From: an uncultured Chloroflexia bacterium
GTDB taxonomy: Bacteria > Chloroflexota > Limnocylindria > Limnocylindrales > CSP1-4
DNA: 64,000 nucleotides
Direction: 5' to 3'
NCBI GenBank assembly: GCA_963813535.1
Contig: CAWEZH010000002.1
Span: 960,001 to 1,024,000, forward strand
In this document: in pieces, positions 1 to 10,304 of the stretch
Layout: every line of letters starts with the position of its first letter
How positions within the stretch are numbered: position 1 is the first letter of the stretch
Notes under the pieces: model-generated
Databases searched by the model: none
What the model saw: only the letters and a program-made list of their open reading frames with translations
What the model was told of the DNA's origin: nothing
Program-made: the position numbers and the translations under genes

Positions 1-1701
1 GGCACGGCCGACGGCTACGCGGTCGGCCAACTCGCGGACGGCACGAGCGTCCGTGTTCCGGCCGCGCTCACCGAGGGCCTCGATCACTATGAGGTCGGCG
101 TCCGGCCCGAGAAGATCCGGCTGCGCGAGCTGACCGATGAGGTGCCGGCCGGCCTGAATCAGCTCGAGGGCGTCATCAGTGACGCGTCCTATCTCGGCGT
201 CTCGACCAGCTACCAGGTCACGACGCGTGGCGGGGCCAAGATCACGGTCTATGAGCAGAACGTCGAGCGGGCGACGCGGGCCGAGCTGTGGGAGCCGGGC
301 GAAGAGGTCCGCATGACCTGGTCGCCGGACCACAGCTTCGCCGTCGAGTCCGGCGGCACGCCTCCACCGGACGTCGTCACCGCGACCAGCGTCGCGAGCG
401 AGGGCAGCCCCGCGCCATTGCCGACAGGTCCCTCGCGGCGGGCGTTCCTCGTTGGCGGTGCCTTGGTCGCGGTCGGCGGTGTCGCGGCATTCCTGGCCGC
501 GACCAACGCGGGCACGCCGGCCGGGTCGGCCGCCCCGAGCGGACCGCCATCCCAGGCCGCGGGTGGGTCGGCCGGTGCCTCGGCGGTGCCGGGGTCGGCG
601 GCGCCGCCGCAGGTGGCCACCGGTCCGCTCAACTTCGCCAACTGGGACGCCTACATCGATCTGACCACGGTCCCCGGCCCGGACGGAGAGCTCGATACCG
701 ACGACGACGAGTACGACCTGCCCTCGCCGACGCTCGACGAGTTCGCAGCCCAGTACGGGGTCGAGGTCAACTACGCCAACGCCGAGATCGACGGGAACGA
801 GTCGTTCATGGCCACCATCACCCCGCAGCTCGAGGCTGGAGTGCCGACCGGCTGGGACCTCATCGTGATCACCGACTTCATGGCCGCCAAGGTGATCGCG
901 GCCGGTTGGGCCGAGCCGCTCGACCCGGCCGTGACCGCCACGGCCGCGGCCAACGTGCGGGACGAGCTTCGCGACCTGCCGTGGGATCCCGATTTCACCT
1001 ACCACTACCCGTGGCAGTCGGGCGCCACAGGTGTCGGCTACAACTCCGAATCCACCGGGCGCGAGCTGACCAAGCTCGCCGACTTGTTCGATCCGGCGTT
1101 CGCCGGCAAGGTAACGCTCCTCGACGACCCCCACGACACGTTCCCGCTCATCCACACGATGCTCCAGGCACAGGGCCAAGCGTCGGACACGCCGTCGGAG
1201 GCGATGACGGTGGACGACGCGCAGGTCGTCCACGACTACCTGCGGCCGTTCGTCGACAACGGCCACATCCGGGCATTCCGCGGCAACGCGTACCTGCAGG
1301 ACTTCGGCAGCGGTGACACGTGGGTGGCGATGGTCTGGTCGGGCGACCTCGCCTCGTCGGCGGGACCCAACGACGTGTTCGTCTACCCGGAGGAGGGCTC
1401 GAACCTCTTCACCGACAACATGGTCATCCCGAAGGGGGCGGTCAACAAGTACACCGCCGAGCTGATGATCGATTGGGTCTACGACGTGGACCGTGCGGCC
1501 CGGATCGCCAACTTCGTGTACTACATCTCGCCGGTCAAGGGTGTGGCCGACGCGATCAAGGCGCTCGACGAGGAGGTGGCGACCAACCCGCTCCTGTTCC
1601 CGCCGCCCGACGTCCTCGAGAAGCAGCATCCCCAGCCGGAGTGGGACGAGGCCACCGAAGCAGCGGTCAACGGCATGTACGCGGACCTCGCGGGCGTGTG
1701 A
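1..1701 (+). CDS. potD: Polyamine ABC transporter ATPase C-terminus (TOBE domain) fused in frame to a PotD/PotF-type substrate-binding protein; 5'-truncated by the window
   Basis: Frame 1 is open from base 1 and carries the PotA TOBE signature VGVRPEKI...YLG. It continues through SRRAFL plus a hydrophobic helix into PotD motifs (LNFANWDAYID, WQSGATG, AMVWSGD, PEEGSNLFTDNMVIP). Confidence 0.85.
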   Translation, partial: GTADGYAVGQLADGTSVRVPAALTEGLDHYEVGVRPEKIRLRELTDEVPAGLNQLEGVISDASYLGVSTSYQVTTRGGAKITVYEQNVERATRAELWEPGEEVRMTWSPDHSFAVESGGTPPPDVVTATSVASEGSPAPLPTGPSRRAFLVGGALVAVGGVAAFLAATNAGTPAGSAAPSGPPSQAAGGSAGASAVPGSAAPPQVATGPLNFANWDAYIDLTTVPGPDGELDTDDDEYDLPSPTLDEFAAQYGVEVNYANAEIDGNESFMATITPQLEAGVPTGWDLIVITDFMAAKVIAAGWAEPLDPAVTATAAANVRDELRDLPWDPDFTYHYPWQSGATGVGYNSESTGRELTKLADLFDPAFAGKVTLLDDPHDTFPLIHTMLQAQGQASDTPSEAMTVDDAQVVHDYLRPFVDNGHIRAFRGNAYLQDFGSGDTWVAMVWSGDLASSAGPNDVFVYPEEGSNLFTDNMVIPKGAVNKYTAELMIDWVYDVDRAARIANFVYYISPVKGVADAIKALDEEVATNPLLFPPPDVLEKQHPQPEWDEATEAAVNGMYADLAGV

Positions 1702-1705
1702 GACC

Positions 1706-2746
1706 GTGACCCGGCGTCGCTGGCTCATCCCGTACCTGCTGCTCATCCCGGGGCTGCTGTGGCTGGCGCTCTTCTTCGTCCTCCCCAACATCCAGATGTT
1801 CCTCATGTCGCTCTCGGAGCGCGCCGGCGGGGCCGGACTGGCGCGCCAGTACGAGCTCACGTGGACGTTGGACAACTACGTCACCGCGCTGACCGCCTTC
1901 CCCGAGCAGTTCGCCAACTCGCTCGTGTACGGCGGACTGGCGACCCTGCTGTGCCTGCTGATCGGCTATCCGCTGGCCTACGGGATCGCGTTCCGCGGTG
2001 GCCGCTACAAGAACCTGCTGCTGTTCTTGGTGATCGCGCCGTTCTTCACGAGCTTCCTGATCCGCACGATCTCGTGGCGGATCCTCCTCGGCAACGACGG
2101 CGCCTTCCTGTCGATCATCCGCGATGGTCTGGGCATCGTCCCGCCGAACTTCAGCATCCTGGGGACGCCACTGGCGGTCGTCTCGGGGCTGACCTATCAG
2201 TTCCTGCCGTTCATGGTCCTGCCGCTGTATGTCTCGCTCGAGAAGATCGACCGGCGCCTGATCGAGGCCGCCAAGGACCTCTACGCCGGGCCATGGCGCC
2301 CGCGGGGCACCGTCGTGGGCGCGCTCAGTGGAGCGGGACTCGCCGTCCTCATCGTGGCGGCCCTGGGATACGTGCAGCTCAGCGCCGGGAGCCTGCCCGG
2401 CATCGTGGCGGTGGCACTCGTCGGTGGCGGGATCGGCGCGGTCATCGGGACCTACCTGATCTCGGAGTCGTACGTGCGGATCATCCTGCCGCTCAGCCTC
2501 GGCGGTGTGTTCGCGGGTTCCATCCTCACGTTCATCCCCGCGATCGGTGACTACGTGAACGTCGAGCTGCTGGGCAACCCGCAGACGCAGATGATCGGCA
2601 ACGTCATCCAGAACCGCTACCTGGCGCAGAACGACTACCCGACGGCCGCGGCGCTGTCGTTCCTCCTCATGGCGGGCATCCTCATCGCGATCTTCATCTA
2701 CGCCCGGGCACTCGGGACCGAGGAGCTGACCGGAGGCCGCGGATGA
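1706..2746 (+). CDS. potB: Polyamine ABC transporter permease PotB-like
   Basis: Multi-TM protein with IGYPLAY, LPFMVLPLY.SLEKID..LIEAAKDL and FIPAIGDY motifs. GTG start just after the potD stop. Confidence 0.9.
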   Translation: MTRRRWLIPYLLLIPGLLWLALFFVLPNIQMFLMSLSERAGGAGLARQYELTWTLDNYVTALTAFPEQFANSLVYGGLATLLCLLIGYPLAYGIAFRGGRYKNLLLFLVIAPFFTSFLIRTISWRILLGNDGAFLSIIRDGLGIVPPNFSILGTPLAVVSGLTYQFLPFMVLPLYVSLEKIDRRLIEAAKDLYAGPWRPRGTVVGALSGAGLAVLIVAALGYVQLSAGSLPGIVAVALVGGGIGAVIGTYLISESYVRIILPLSLGGVFAGSILTFIPAIGDYVNVELLGNPQTQMIGNVIQNRYLAQNDYPTAAALSFLLMAGILIAIFIYARALGTEELTGGRG

Positions 2747-3699
2747 CCGACGCGACGCTCACCCAGGGCCAGGAGGTCGCCGTCGCGCGCTCGGTCGGCA
2801 CCGGCCAGCGCGTGCAGAAGGCCGTCGATCGCTGGCTGATCCCGATCTTCGTCTTCCTCGCGCTGTTCTACCTGATGCTGCCCATCCTGGTGATGATCGC
2901 GTTCTCGTTCAACGATCCACCGGGCCGGTTCAACTTCGTCTGGGGTTCCTTCTCGCTGGCGGCCTGGCAGAACCCCTTCGGGCGCCCAGGCCTCGAAGCG
3001 GCGCTGATCACCAGCCTGGTCGTCGCGACCCTCGCGACGATCGTCGCCACGATCCTCGGCACGCTCATCGCGCTCGCCCTGTCGCGCTACAACTTCACCG
3101 GGCGCTCGAGCACGAGCCTGTTCATCTTCATCCCGATGGCGACGCCCGAGATCGTCCTCGGCGCGAGCCTGCTGACGCTGTTCGTCGGGTCGGCCAACGA
3201 GCCGTGGAAGACGCTCACCGGCGGGGTGCTCTTCCCGCTCGGCGTCCAGACGATCCTCATCGCCCACATCATGTTCAACATCAGCTTCGTGGTGGTGACC
3301 GTGCGGGCCAGGATGCAGGGGTTCCCCCACCACCTCGAGGAGGCGGCGATGGACCTCGGCGCCACACCGTGGACCACGTTCTGGAAGGTGACCTTCCCGC
3401 TCATCCTGCCCGGCATCCTGGCCGGCGCATTGCTGGCGTTCTCCCTCTCGATCGACGACTTCATCATCACCAACTTCACGTCGGGCACGTCCTCCACGTT
3501 CCCGATCTGGGTGTGGGCAAGCATCAGGAACAACCTGCCTCCACAGGTCCACGTCATCGGGACGATGGTCTTCGTCGGCGCGGTCGGCCTGGTCGCGCTC
3601 AGCACGTTGTGGGAGCGGCGGAATGAACGGCGGGATCGGATGATCGCCGCGCAGGAAGCCGCCAAGGCGAGTACGGCGGCGGCGGCCGCCCAGGCCTGA
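2743..3699 (+). CDS. potC: Polyamine ABC transporter permease PotC-like
   Basis: Motifs LEEAAMDLGATPWTTFWKVTFP and AFSLSIDDF; ATGA overlap with potB. Confidence 0.9.
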   Translation: MTDATLTQGQEVAVARSVGTGQRVQKAVDRWLIPIFVFLALFYLMLPILVMIAFSFNDPPGRFNFVWGSFSLAAWQNPFGRPGLEAALITSLVVATLATIVATILGTLIALALSRYNFTGRSSTSLFIFIPMATPEIVLGASLLTLFVGSANEPWKTLTGGVLFPLGVQTILIAHIMFNISFVVVTVRARMQGFPHHLEEAAMDLGATPWTTFWKVTFPLILPGILAGALLAFSLSIDDFIITNFTSGTSSTFPIWVWASIRNNLPPQVHVIGTMVFVGAVGLVALSTLWERRNERRDRMIAAQEAAKASTAAAAAQA

Positions 3700-3717
3700 C
3701 CCAGGGAAGGACACGCC

Positions 3718-5046
3718 ATGATCGACACGCGGGCCGACACGTCCGGCGGAGCAGCGGACAGCCTCCCGGATCACGCCGTGATCCCGCCCGTCTGGGGCCG
3801 TATCACGAACCTCGACGTGGATCGTGGCGAGGGCTCATGGCTCATCACCCGCGACGGCGAGCGCTACCTGGACTACAGCTCGGGGATCGGCGTCACCAAC
3901 ACCGGGCATGCCCACCCGCGGGTGGCCGCAGCGATCGCGACGCAGGCCCAGAAGCTCCTCCACGGCCAGCAGAACATCCTGTACCACGAGCCGGGCCTGC
4001 GGCTGTACGACCGGCTCCCGAACCTCCTCCCCGGCGGCCCGTTCCAGGCGTTCCTGTCGAATTCGGGCGCCGAGGCCATCGAGGCGTCCGTCAAGTTGGC
4101 GCGGGTGTCGACCGGTCGCCCGGTCATCCTGGCGTTCCGCTACGGCTACCACGGCCGGACGGCCCAGACCATGGCGCTCACGACCGCGAAGGACGTGTAC
4201 CGCGGCGCCTTCGAGCCGCTGCCCGGGAGCGTCTACCACACCGCCTATCCGTACTGCTATCGCGCGGCCACCGGCCCGCACGACCCGTCGGCCTGCACGT
4301 GCGGCTGGGAGGAGCAGCTCGAGCTGACCTTCCACCAGATCATCTACCCGGACCAGGTCGCGGCGATCATCATCGAGCCGGTGCTCGGCGAAGGCGGCTA
4401 CATCGTCCCGCCGCCGGACTTCCTGCCGCGGCTCCGGGAGATCACCCGCCGCCACGGCATCATGCTGATCGCCGACGAGGTCCAGACCGGGTTCGGGCGG
4501 ACCGGCCAGATGTTCGCCGTCATGCACTACGACGTGGAGCCCGACATCCTGGTCATGGCCAAGGGCATCGCCTCGGGTCTGCCGCTGTCGGGGATCCTCG
4601 CCCGCCAGGAGCTGATGGCGCGCTGGAAGCCCGGCAGTCACGGTGGCACGTACGGCGGCAACGTCGTGTCGTGCGCGGCGGCGAACGCGACGCTCGACGT
4701 CATCGAGGACGAAGGCCTCGTGGCCAATGCCGCCGAGCGCGGCACCCAGTTCCTGACCGGGCTCCGGGCGCTGAAGGCGAAGTACCGCGCCATCGGCGAT
4801 GCGCGCGGACTGGGCCTGATGGTCGCCATCGAGCTCGTCAAGCCCGACGAGGGCGACGGGCGCGTGCCGGACCCGGACCTGACCAAGCGGATCCAGGCCG
4901 AAGCCCTCGCGCGCAAGCTCATCGTGCTCACTGCGGGGACGTATGTGAACGTGATCCGCATCATCCCGCCGCTCGTAACCACGGCGGATGAGGTCGATCA
5001 GGCGTTGTCGATCCTGGACGAGTCGCTGGCAGCCGCTGGCGCCTGA
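3718..5046 (+). CDS. gabT: Class III PLP aminotransferase (4-aminobutyrate aminotransferase-like)
   Basis: Motifs NSGAEA, YHGRT, EPVLGEGG, LIADEVQTGFGRTG, AKGIASG, GGTYGGN; polyamine operon context. Confidence 0.85.
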   Translation: MIDTRADTSGGAADSLPDHAVIPPVWGRITNLDVDRGEGSWLITRDGERYLDYSSGIGVTNTGHAHPRVAAAIATQAQKLLHGQQNILYHEPGLRLYDRLPNLLPGGPFQAFLSNSGAEAIEASVKLARVSTGRPVILAFRYGYHGRTAQTMALTTAKDVYRGAFEPLPGSVYHTAYPYCYRAATGPHDPSACTCGWEEQLELTFHQIIYPDQVAAIIIEPVLGEGGYIVPPPDFLPRLREITRRHGIMLIADEVQTGFGRTGQMFAVMHYDVEPDILVMAKGIASGLPLSGILARQELMARWKPGSHGGTYGGNVVSCAAANATLDVIEDEGLVANAAERGTQFLTGLRALKAKYRAIGDARGLGLMVAIELVKPDEGDGRVPDPDLTKRIQAEALARKLIVLTAGTYVNVIRIIPPLVTTADEVDQALSILDESLAAAGA

Positions 5047-5060
5047 CAGGTCGCGCTGAC

Positions 5061-5744
5061 GTGGAGCTCGCGTCGGCCGGCCTGCTCGTCGTCGTCGGGC
5101 TGATCCTGGTCAAGGAAGCCGGCCTGCCGGTCCCCGTCCCGGGTGACCTGATCGTCATCGGTGCCGGGGTTGCCGCCTCCCGCGGCGACGTTGATCCGGT
5201 CACCACGCTCGTCCTGATCGTGCTCGCGAGCATCGTCGGCGGGGTGGTCCAGTACGCCCTCGTCCGGTCGATCGCTCGGCCGGCCCTGCTCCGGTTGCTC
5301 CAGCGGGTCACGTCGGCGGAGAGCCTCGACCGGCAGACGGAACGCCTTCGCCGCGGCGGCGCCCGCTCCGTGGCGGTCGCCCGATCGACGCCCGGGATCC
5401 GCATCGTCGCCATCGCCGCCAGCGCGCTCGCGGCCATCCCGCCGGTCGCCTTCGTCGCCGGCTTGGCGCTCGGCAACGCGCTGTTCATCGCTGCCCACTT
5501 CGGGCTGGGCTACGTGCTCGGTGAGCCCTTGCTGGCCGTCGTCGGCGGCGTGCTCGGCCCGCTGGCAGTGGCCGGCATCGTCCTCGCCGTGCTGGGTGGG
5601 CTCGGCTGGTTGGTCCTGGCTCGACGTCGTGGACGCGCGATGTCCGGGGCGGCCGATGTGACGGATCTCGCCACGATCGGGGCCTGGGCCGACGCCTGTT
5701 GCCCGGGGTGCTTGTCGCTCGCGGCCCTGGAGGCCAGCCGCTAG
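5061..5744 (+). CDS. DedA/VTT-domain membrane protein
   Basis: EAGLPVPVPGDL and ARSTPGIR DedA motifs; hydrophobic throughout. Confidence 0.8.
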   Translation: MELASAGLLVVVGLILVKEAGLPVPVPGDLIVIGAGVAASRGDVDPVTTLVLIVLASIVGGVVQYALVRSIARPALLRLLQRVTSAESLDRQTERLRRGGARSVAVARSTPGIRIVAIAASALAAIPPVAFVAGLALGNALFIAAHFGLGYVLGEPLLAVVGGVLGPLAVAGIVLAVLGGLGWLVLARRRGRAMSGAADVTDLATIGAWADACCPGCLSLAALEASR

Positions 5745-6580
5745 CCCTCCCGGAGGCGACGAAGGACGGCGTCGTGCAGCCGGCCGTTCGAGGCGACGAT
5801 CGTGCCCGTTTCGATGTCGCGACGACCGTCGAAGTCCGTGACACGACCCCCAGCCTCCTCGATCAGCACGGTCGGCGCGGCTGCGTCCCACGATTTCAGC
5901 CCGACCTCGACCATCGCCTCTCCCGCACCCTCGGCGATCAGCGCGTAGCCCCAGAAATCGCCGTACCCGCGGTCACGCCAGACGTCGCGCAACAGCCCGT
6001 CGAAACCGGGCGCCAGACCCGTCTCCTGGATATCGCGCGCCGAGCCGTACAGGACCTGCGCGTCCTCGAGCCGGCCGACCGCCGACACGCGGATCCGGCG
6101 CGGCTCCGTGCCCCGGTTGCGCGCCCACGCGCCGCCGCCGCGGTACGCCCACCAGCGCTCGTCGAGCGCTGCCGCAGACAGGACTGCGGCCTGCAGCTCA
6201 CCGTCCCGTTCCACCGCGAGGAGCGTCCCGAACAGGGGCACGCCGCGGACGAAGTTGTGGGTGGCATCGATGGGGTCGATGTACCAACGGACCGGCGCAT
6301 CGCCGGCCTCGATCCCGTATTCCTCGCCGACGAGCCCATGGTCCGGGAACGCGTCGGCCAGACGCTCGCGTATCCGCCGCTCGATCGCCGTGTCGACCTG
6401 CGTCACGAGCGTGTTGTCGGGCTTGGTGTCGATCGTCAGGTCACGCCGGAACGATGCCCGGGCGAGGGCGTCCGCCTCGTCGCAGGCCGCAAGCGCCTCG
6501 TCGAGCCAGCCCTTGAGCTCATCCTCGGTCCCGCGCCGCAGGGACGCGGACCACGCCGCACCGTAGTCGCCATCGTTCAC
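5741..6580 (-). CDS. hisN: Inositol monophosphatase family, histidinol-phosphatase HisN-like
   Basis: Motifs GEE, WYIDPIDATHNFVRGVP, GDFWGY, WDAAA..EEAGG; GTGA overlap with the upstream gene. Confidence 0.75.
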   Translation of the reverse strand: MNDGDYGAAWSASLRRGTEDELKGWLDEALAACDEADALARASFRRDLTIDTKPDNTLVTQVDTAIERRIRERLADAFPDHGLVGEEYGIEAGDAPVRWYIDPIDATHNFVRGVPLFGTLLAVERDGELQAAVLSAAALDERWWAYRGGGAWARNRGTEPRRIRVSAVGRLEDAQVLYGSARDIQETGLAPGFDGLLRDVWRDRGYGDFWGYALIAEGAGEAMVEVGLKSWDAAAPTVLIEEAGGRVTDFDGRRDIETGTIVASNGRLHDAVLRRLREG

Positions 6581-9030
6581 GATCGGATCGTAGCGTTGGT
6601 CGGGTCGTAGAGCGGCTCGCGCACGACCGTGAAACCGATCCAACGGCCGAACACCTCGACGTCGCCGCGAGTGCCGACGCCGCGGTCGGGCGGCAGGTAC
6701 GCATAGGCGATCGAGTTCTCGACCGCGAAGCCCTGGCCGCCGCTGGTCACCCGACCGACCACCTCGCCGTCGATGCGCACCGGCTCATTGCCCAGGCAGA
6801 CGTCGAGTGCGTCGTCGAGGACGAGACAGCGCAGTCGCTTGGACGGTCCGTCGGCCGTCGCGGCGCGCAGGGCGGCGGCCGCCTGCGACGGCTCGGCCTT
6901 GTCGAGCGCGACCGCGAAGCCGAGCCCGGCCTCGAACGGGTTCTCGTCGGGCGTGATGTCGGTCGACCAGACCCGATAGCCCTTCTCGAGCCGGAGCGCG
7001 TCGATCGCCCGATAGCCACCGGCGACCATGCCGTGCGGTCGGCCCGCCTCCCACAGGGTCGCCCACAGCGCACGCCCGTACTCCATCGGTGCGTAGAGCT
7101 CCCAGCCAAGCTCGCCGACGTACGTCACCCGCAACGCGAGGAGCGGGACCGAACCGACGCTGATCTCGCGCGCGGTGAGGAACGGGAAGCCGGCATCGGA
7201 CACGTCGTCGCGCGTGAGTTGCGCCAGGATGTCGCGTGCCCGCGGTCCCCACAGCCCGAAGCACACGCGCGCCGACGTGATGTCGCGGATGGTCACCGAG
7301 CCGTCGACCGGGAGGTTGGACCGGAGCCACGCGGCATCGTGGTTGCCGTAGGCCGTCCCGGTGATCAGCATGAAACGGTCCGCGGCGAGGCGGGTCACGG
7401 TCACATCGGCCTGGATACCGCCACGCCGATCGAGCAGCTGCGTGTACACGATCGATCCGACCACACGGTCGACGTCGTTCCCACACACCCGCTGGAGGAA
7501 CGAGCAGGCTCCCGGCCCGACGATCTCGAGCTTCGCGAACGACGTCTCGTCGAACAGCGCGGCCGCCTGGCGCGTGGCGAGCGCCTCCGCGGCGATCGCG
7601 GGCGACCAGTGCTGACCGGCCCAGCCCCGCGGGCGAAGCACCTCGAGCGACTCCCGGCCGCCGAACCGTGGATCGTCCGCGTTCGGCTCGAACCAGTTCG
7701 GCCGCTCCCAGCCGGACTTCTCCCCGAACACCGCCCCGAGCGCGGCGAGATCCTCGTAGGTCGGCGAGGTCCGCAGGGGCCGCCCGGCCTGCCGCTCCTC
7801 GCTCGGGTAGTGGATGTCGTAGTAGGTCGCGTAATTCTCGACCGAGCGGGCGAGCGTGTACGACTGCGACCGATAGGCCGCCCCGAACCGGCGGATGTCC
7901 ATCTTCCACAGGTCGAGCTCGGGTTCGCCGTCCACGATCCAGCTCGCCACCTGGCGACCGATGCCACCCGCCCCGGCGATCCCGTGCGCGCAGAACCCGG
8001 CGGCGAGCCAGAACCCGCGCACGGCCGACTCGCCCAGGATGAACTCGTTGTCCGGGGTGAATGCCTCAGGCCCATTGATGATCCGGCTGACACGCGCGTC
8101 GGCCATCGCCGGGACCCGACGGATGGCGCCCTCCATGATCGGCTCGAAGCGCGGCAGGTCGGGTGCGAGCAGCTTGCCGTTGAAGTCCGGCGGGACGCCA
8201 TCGAGCGACCACGGCGCAGGCTCCCGCTCGTAGCCGCCCATGCACAGCCCGCCGACCTCCTCGCGGAAGTAGACGAGGTTGTCCGGATCGCGGAGCTGGG
8301 GCAGCCCGGGCACCACGCCGTCGATCGCTTCGGTGAACAGGTACTGGTGCGCCATCGGGATGATCGGCACGGTGACGTCGACCAGGTCGCCGATCTCCGG
8401 CGCGAAGATGCCACCGGCGTTGACCACGATGTCGGTCGCGATGACCTGCCGCTCGCCGTCGTGTTCGACGGTCACCCCGGACACGCGACCGCGCTCGACG
8501 CCGATGGCGACGACCCGTCGCCCGGTCCGGATCGACACGCCGCGCCGCCTGGCGCCGGCCGCCAGCGCCTGCGCCAGGCCGGATGGGTCGAGCCACCCGT
8601 CGGTCGGCAGCCACACGGCCCCGAGCACGCCCTCGGTCGACATGAGCGGGAAGCGGTCCTGGGCCGCCTGGGCGTCGATCAGGTCCATCGGCAACCCGAA
8701 GGTCTTCGCCCAGCCCGCCTGCCGCTCGAGCTCCTCCATCCGCTCCTTCGACGATGCGAGCCGGATCGAACCCACCTCGTGCCACGACGGGTCGACCCCG
8801 GTCTCGTCGCGCAACCTTCGGTACAGGTCTGAGCCGTACATCATCATCTTCGTCAGCGTCACCGAGCCCCGGAGCTGCCCGACGAGGCCTGCGCTGTGGA
8901 AGGTCGAGCCGCTCGTGAGGTCGGCGCGTTCCAGGAGGACGATGTCGGTCCAGCCACGCTCGGCGAGGTGGTACGCGACCGACGTACCACCGACGCCACC
9001 GCCGATGATCACGACACGGGCGTGGTCCAT
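6577..9030 (-). CDS. GcvT-family FAD-dependent oxidoreductase (dimethylglycine/sarcosine dehydrogenase-like)
   Basis: N-terminal GGGVGG Rossmann motif, TSGSTFHSAG, NGPEAFTPD, GWERPNWF, then a GcvT domain (YVGELGWELY, LRLEKGY). Confidence 0.9.
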   Translation of the reverse strand: MDHARVVIIGGGVGGTSVAYHLAERGWTDIVLLERADLTSGSTFHSAGLVGQLRGSVTLTKMMMYGSDLYRRLRDETGVDPSWHEVGSIRLASSKERMEELERQAGWAKTFGLPMDLIDAQAAQDRFPLMSTEGVLGAVWLPTDGWLDPSGLAQALAAGARRRGVSIRTGRRVVAIGVERGRVSGVTVEHDGERQVIATDIVVNAGGIFAPEIGDLVDVTVPIIPMAHQYLFTEAIDGVVPGLPQLRDPDNLVYFREEVGGLCMGGYEREPAPWSLDGVPPDFNGKLLAPDLPRFEPIMEGAIRRVPAMADARVSRIINGPEAFTPDNEFILGESAVRGFWLAAGFCAHGIAGAGGIGRQVASWIVDGEPELDLWKMDIRRFGAAYRSQSYTLARSVENYATYYDIHYPSEERQAGRPLRTSPTYEDLAALGAVFGEKSGWERPNWFEPNADDPRFGGRESLEVLRPRGWAGQHWSPAIAAEALATRQAAALFDETSFAKLEIVGPGACSFLQRVCGNDVDRVVGSIVYTQLLDRRGGIQADVTVTRLAADRFMLITGTAYGNHDAAWLRSNLPVDGSVTIRDITSARVCFGLWGPRARDILAQLTRDDVSDAGFPFLTAREISVGSVPLLALRVTYVGELGWELYAPMEYGRALWATLWEAGRPHGMVAGGYRAIDALRLEKGYRVWSTDITPDENPFEAGLGFAVALDKAEPSQAAAALRAATADGPSKRLRCLVLDDALDVCLGNEPVRIDGEVVGRVTSGGQGFAVENSIAYAYLPPDRGVGTRGDVEVFGRWIGFTVVREPLYDPTNATIRS

Positions 9031-9134
9031 CGCCGAAGCGTAGCCGCGACTCAGCACGCCCGTGACCCGGCGCCACGCACCGCGACGGGGTGCGCCCCAC
9101 CCTGGATCCGGGCGTTCGAGTAGGCTGCCCGCGC

Positions 9135-10236
9135 ATGTCCGAGACCCCGCCGCCCACGACGCCGCAGCCTCCTTCGGAGCCACATCCGGCGGGTCCGGGC
9201 GGCCCGAGTCGCGCGACCGGGCAGATCGTGGTCCTCGCGGTCGTGGTCGTCGGCGTGATCGTCCTGCTGGCGGCGCTGGCGGGCGTCATCCGCGGGGGTC
9301 CCGCCGGTGCCAGCGCGACGCCCAGCGACATCACCGCTGCGACACCGTTGCCGGCGCCGACCGGCACGGCCAGTCCGACGGCCGGGCCATCGTCGGCCAC
9401 GCCGTCCGTGCCCTCAACGAGCCAGAGCGCCTCCCCGGGCCAGGCCGCGGTCCTGGTCGGCGCCGGTGACATCGGCGACTGCGACACCCGTGAGGACTCG
9501 ATGACGGCCGCGCTCCTGGACGACATCGAGGGGACCGTCTTCACGGCCGGTGACAACGCCTACGAGAACGGGACGGCAAAGCAGTTCTCGACCTGCTACG
9601 ACGACACGTGGGGCCGTCACAAGGCGCGCACTCGGCCGGTGCCCGGCAATCATGATTGGCGCACGGCCCACCTGGCGGGCTACTTCGGCTACTTCGGTGA
9701 CGTTGCCCGCGGACCGGATGGGGGCTCCTGGTACTCCTTCGACCTGGGTTCGTGGCACGTGATCATGCTCGACTCCGAATGCGCCAAGAACGGAGGCTGC
9801 GAGGCGGATTTGGCGCAGGGACGCTGGCTCGCATCCGACCTCGCGACGTCCGGTGGTCGCTGCTCGGTCGCGATCTGGCACATCCCCCGATTTCAGCTCG
9901 GGTGAACACGGCAACAACCGATCGGTCGCGCCGTTCTGGTCCCTGCTGTACGACGCCGGTGTCGACGTCGTCGTCAACGGTCACGACCACGACTACGAGC
10001 GCTTCGCGCCCCAGGACCCGGATGGCGCCGAGGACCGCGACCGCGGGATGCGCGAGTTCGTGGTCGGCACAGGTGGCACGCCGCTCCGGGCATTCAACGA
10101 TCCGGTCGCCAACAGCGAGCTCCGCGCGGTCACCCACGGCGTCTTCAAGTTGACGCTGCGTGACGGCTCGTACGACTGGGAGTTCATCCCGGTGAGCGGG
10201 GACTTCCGCGACACGGGAACGGCGTTCTGCCACTGA
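9135..10236 (+). pseudogene. Membrane-anchored calcineurin-like metallophosphoesterase (alkaline phosphatase-like), frameshifted near 9891
   Basis: GAGD, AGDNAY and PGNHD lie in one frame; SSGEHG and VVNGHDHDYER lie in the next. One extra T in 'cga tttcagc' explains the break. Confidence 0.8.
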
Positions 10237-10304
10237 TCGCGGAGCGTGTGTGACCCTGTCGACGACGCGACATGGCCGCGATGCCGACGATGCACTATCC
10301 GGGT

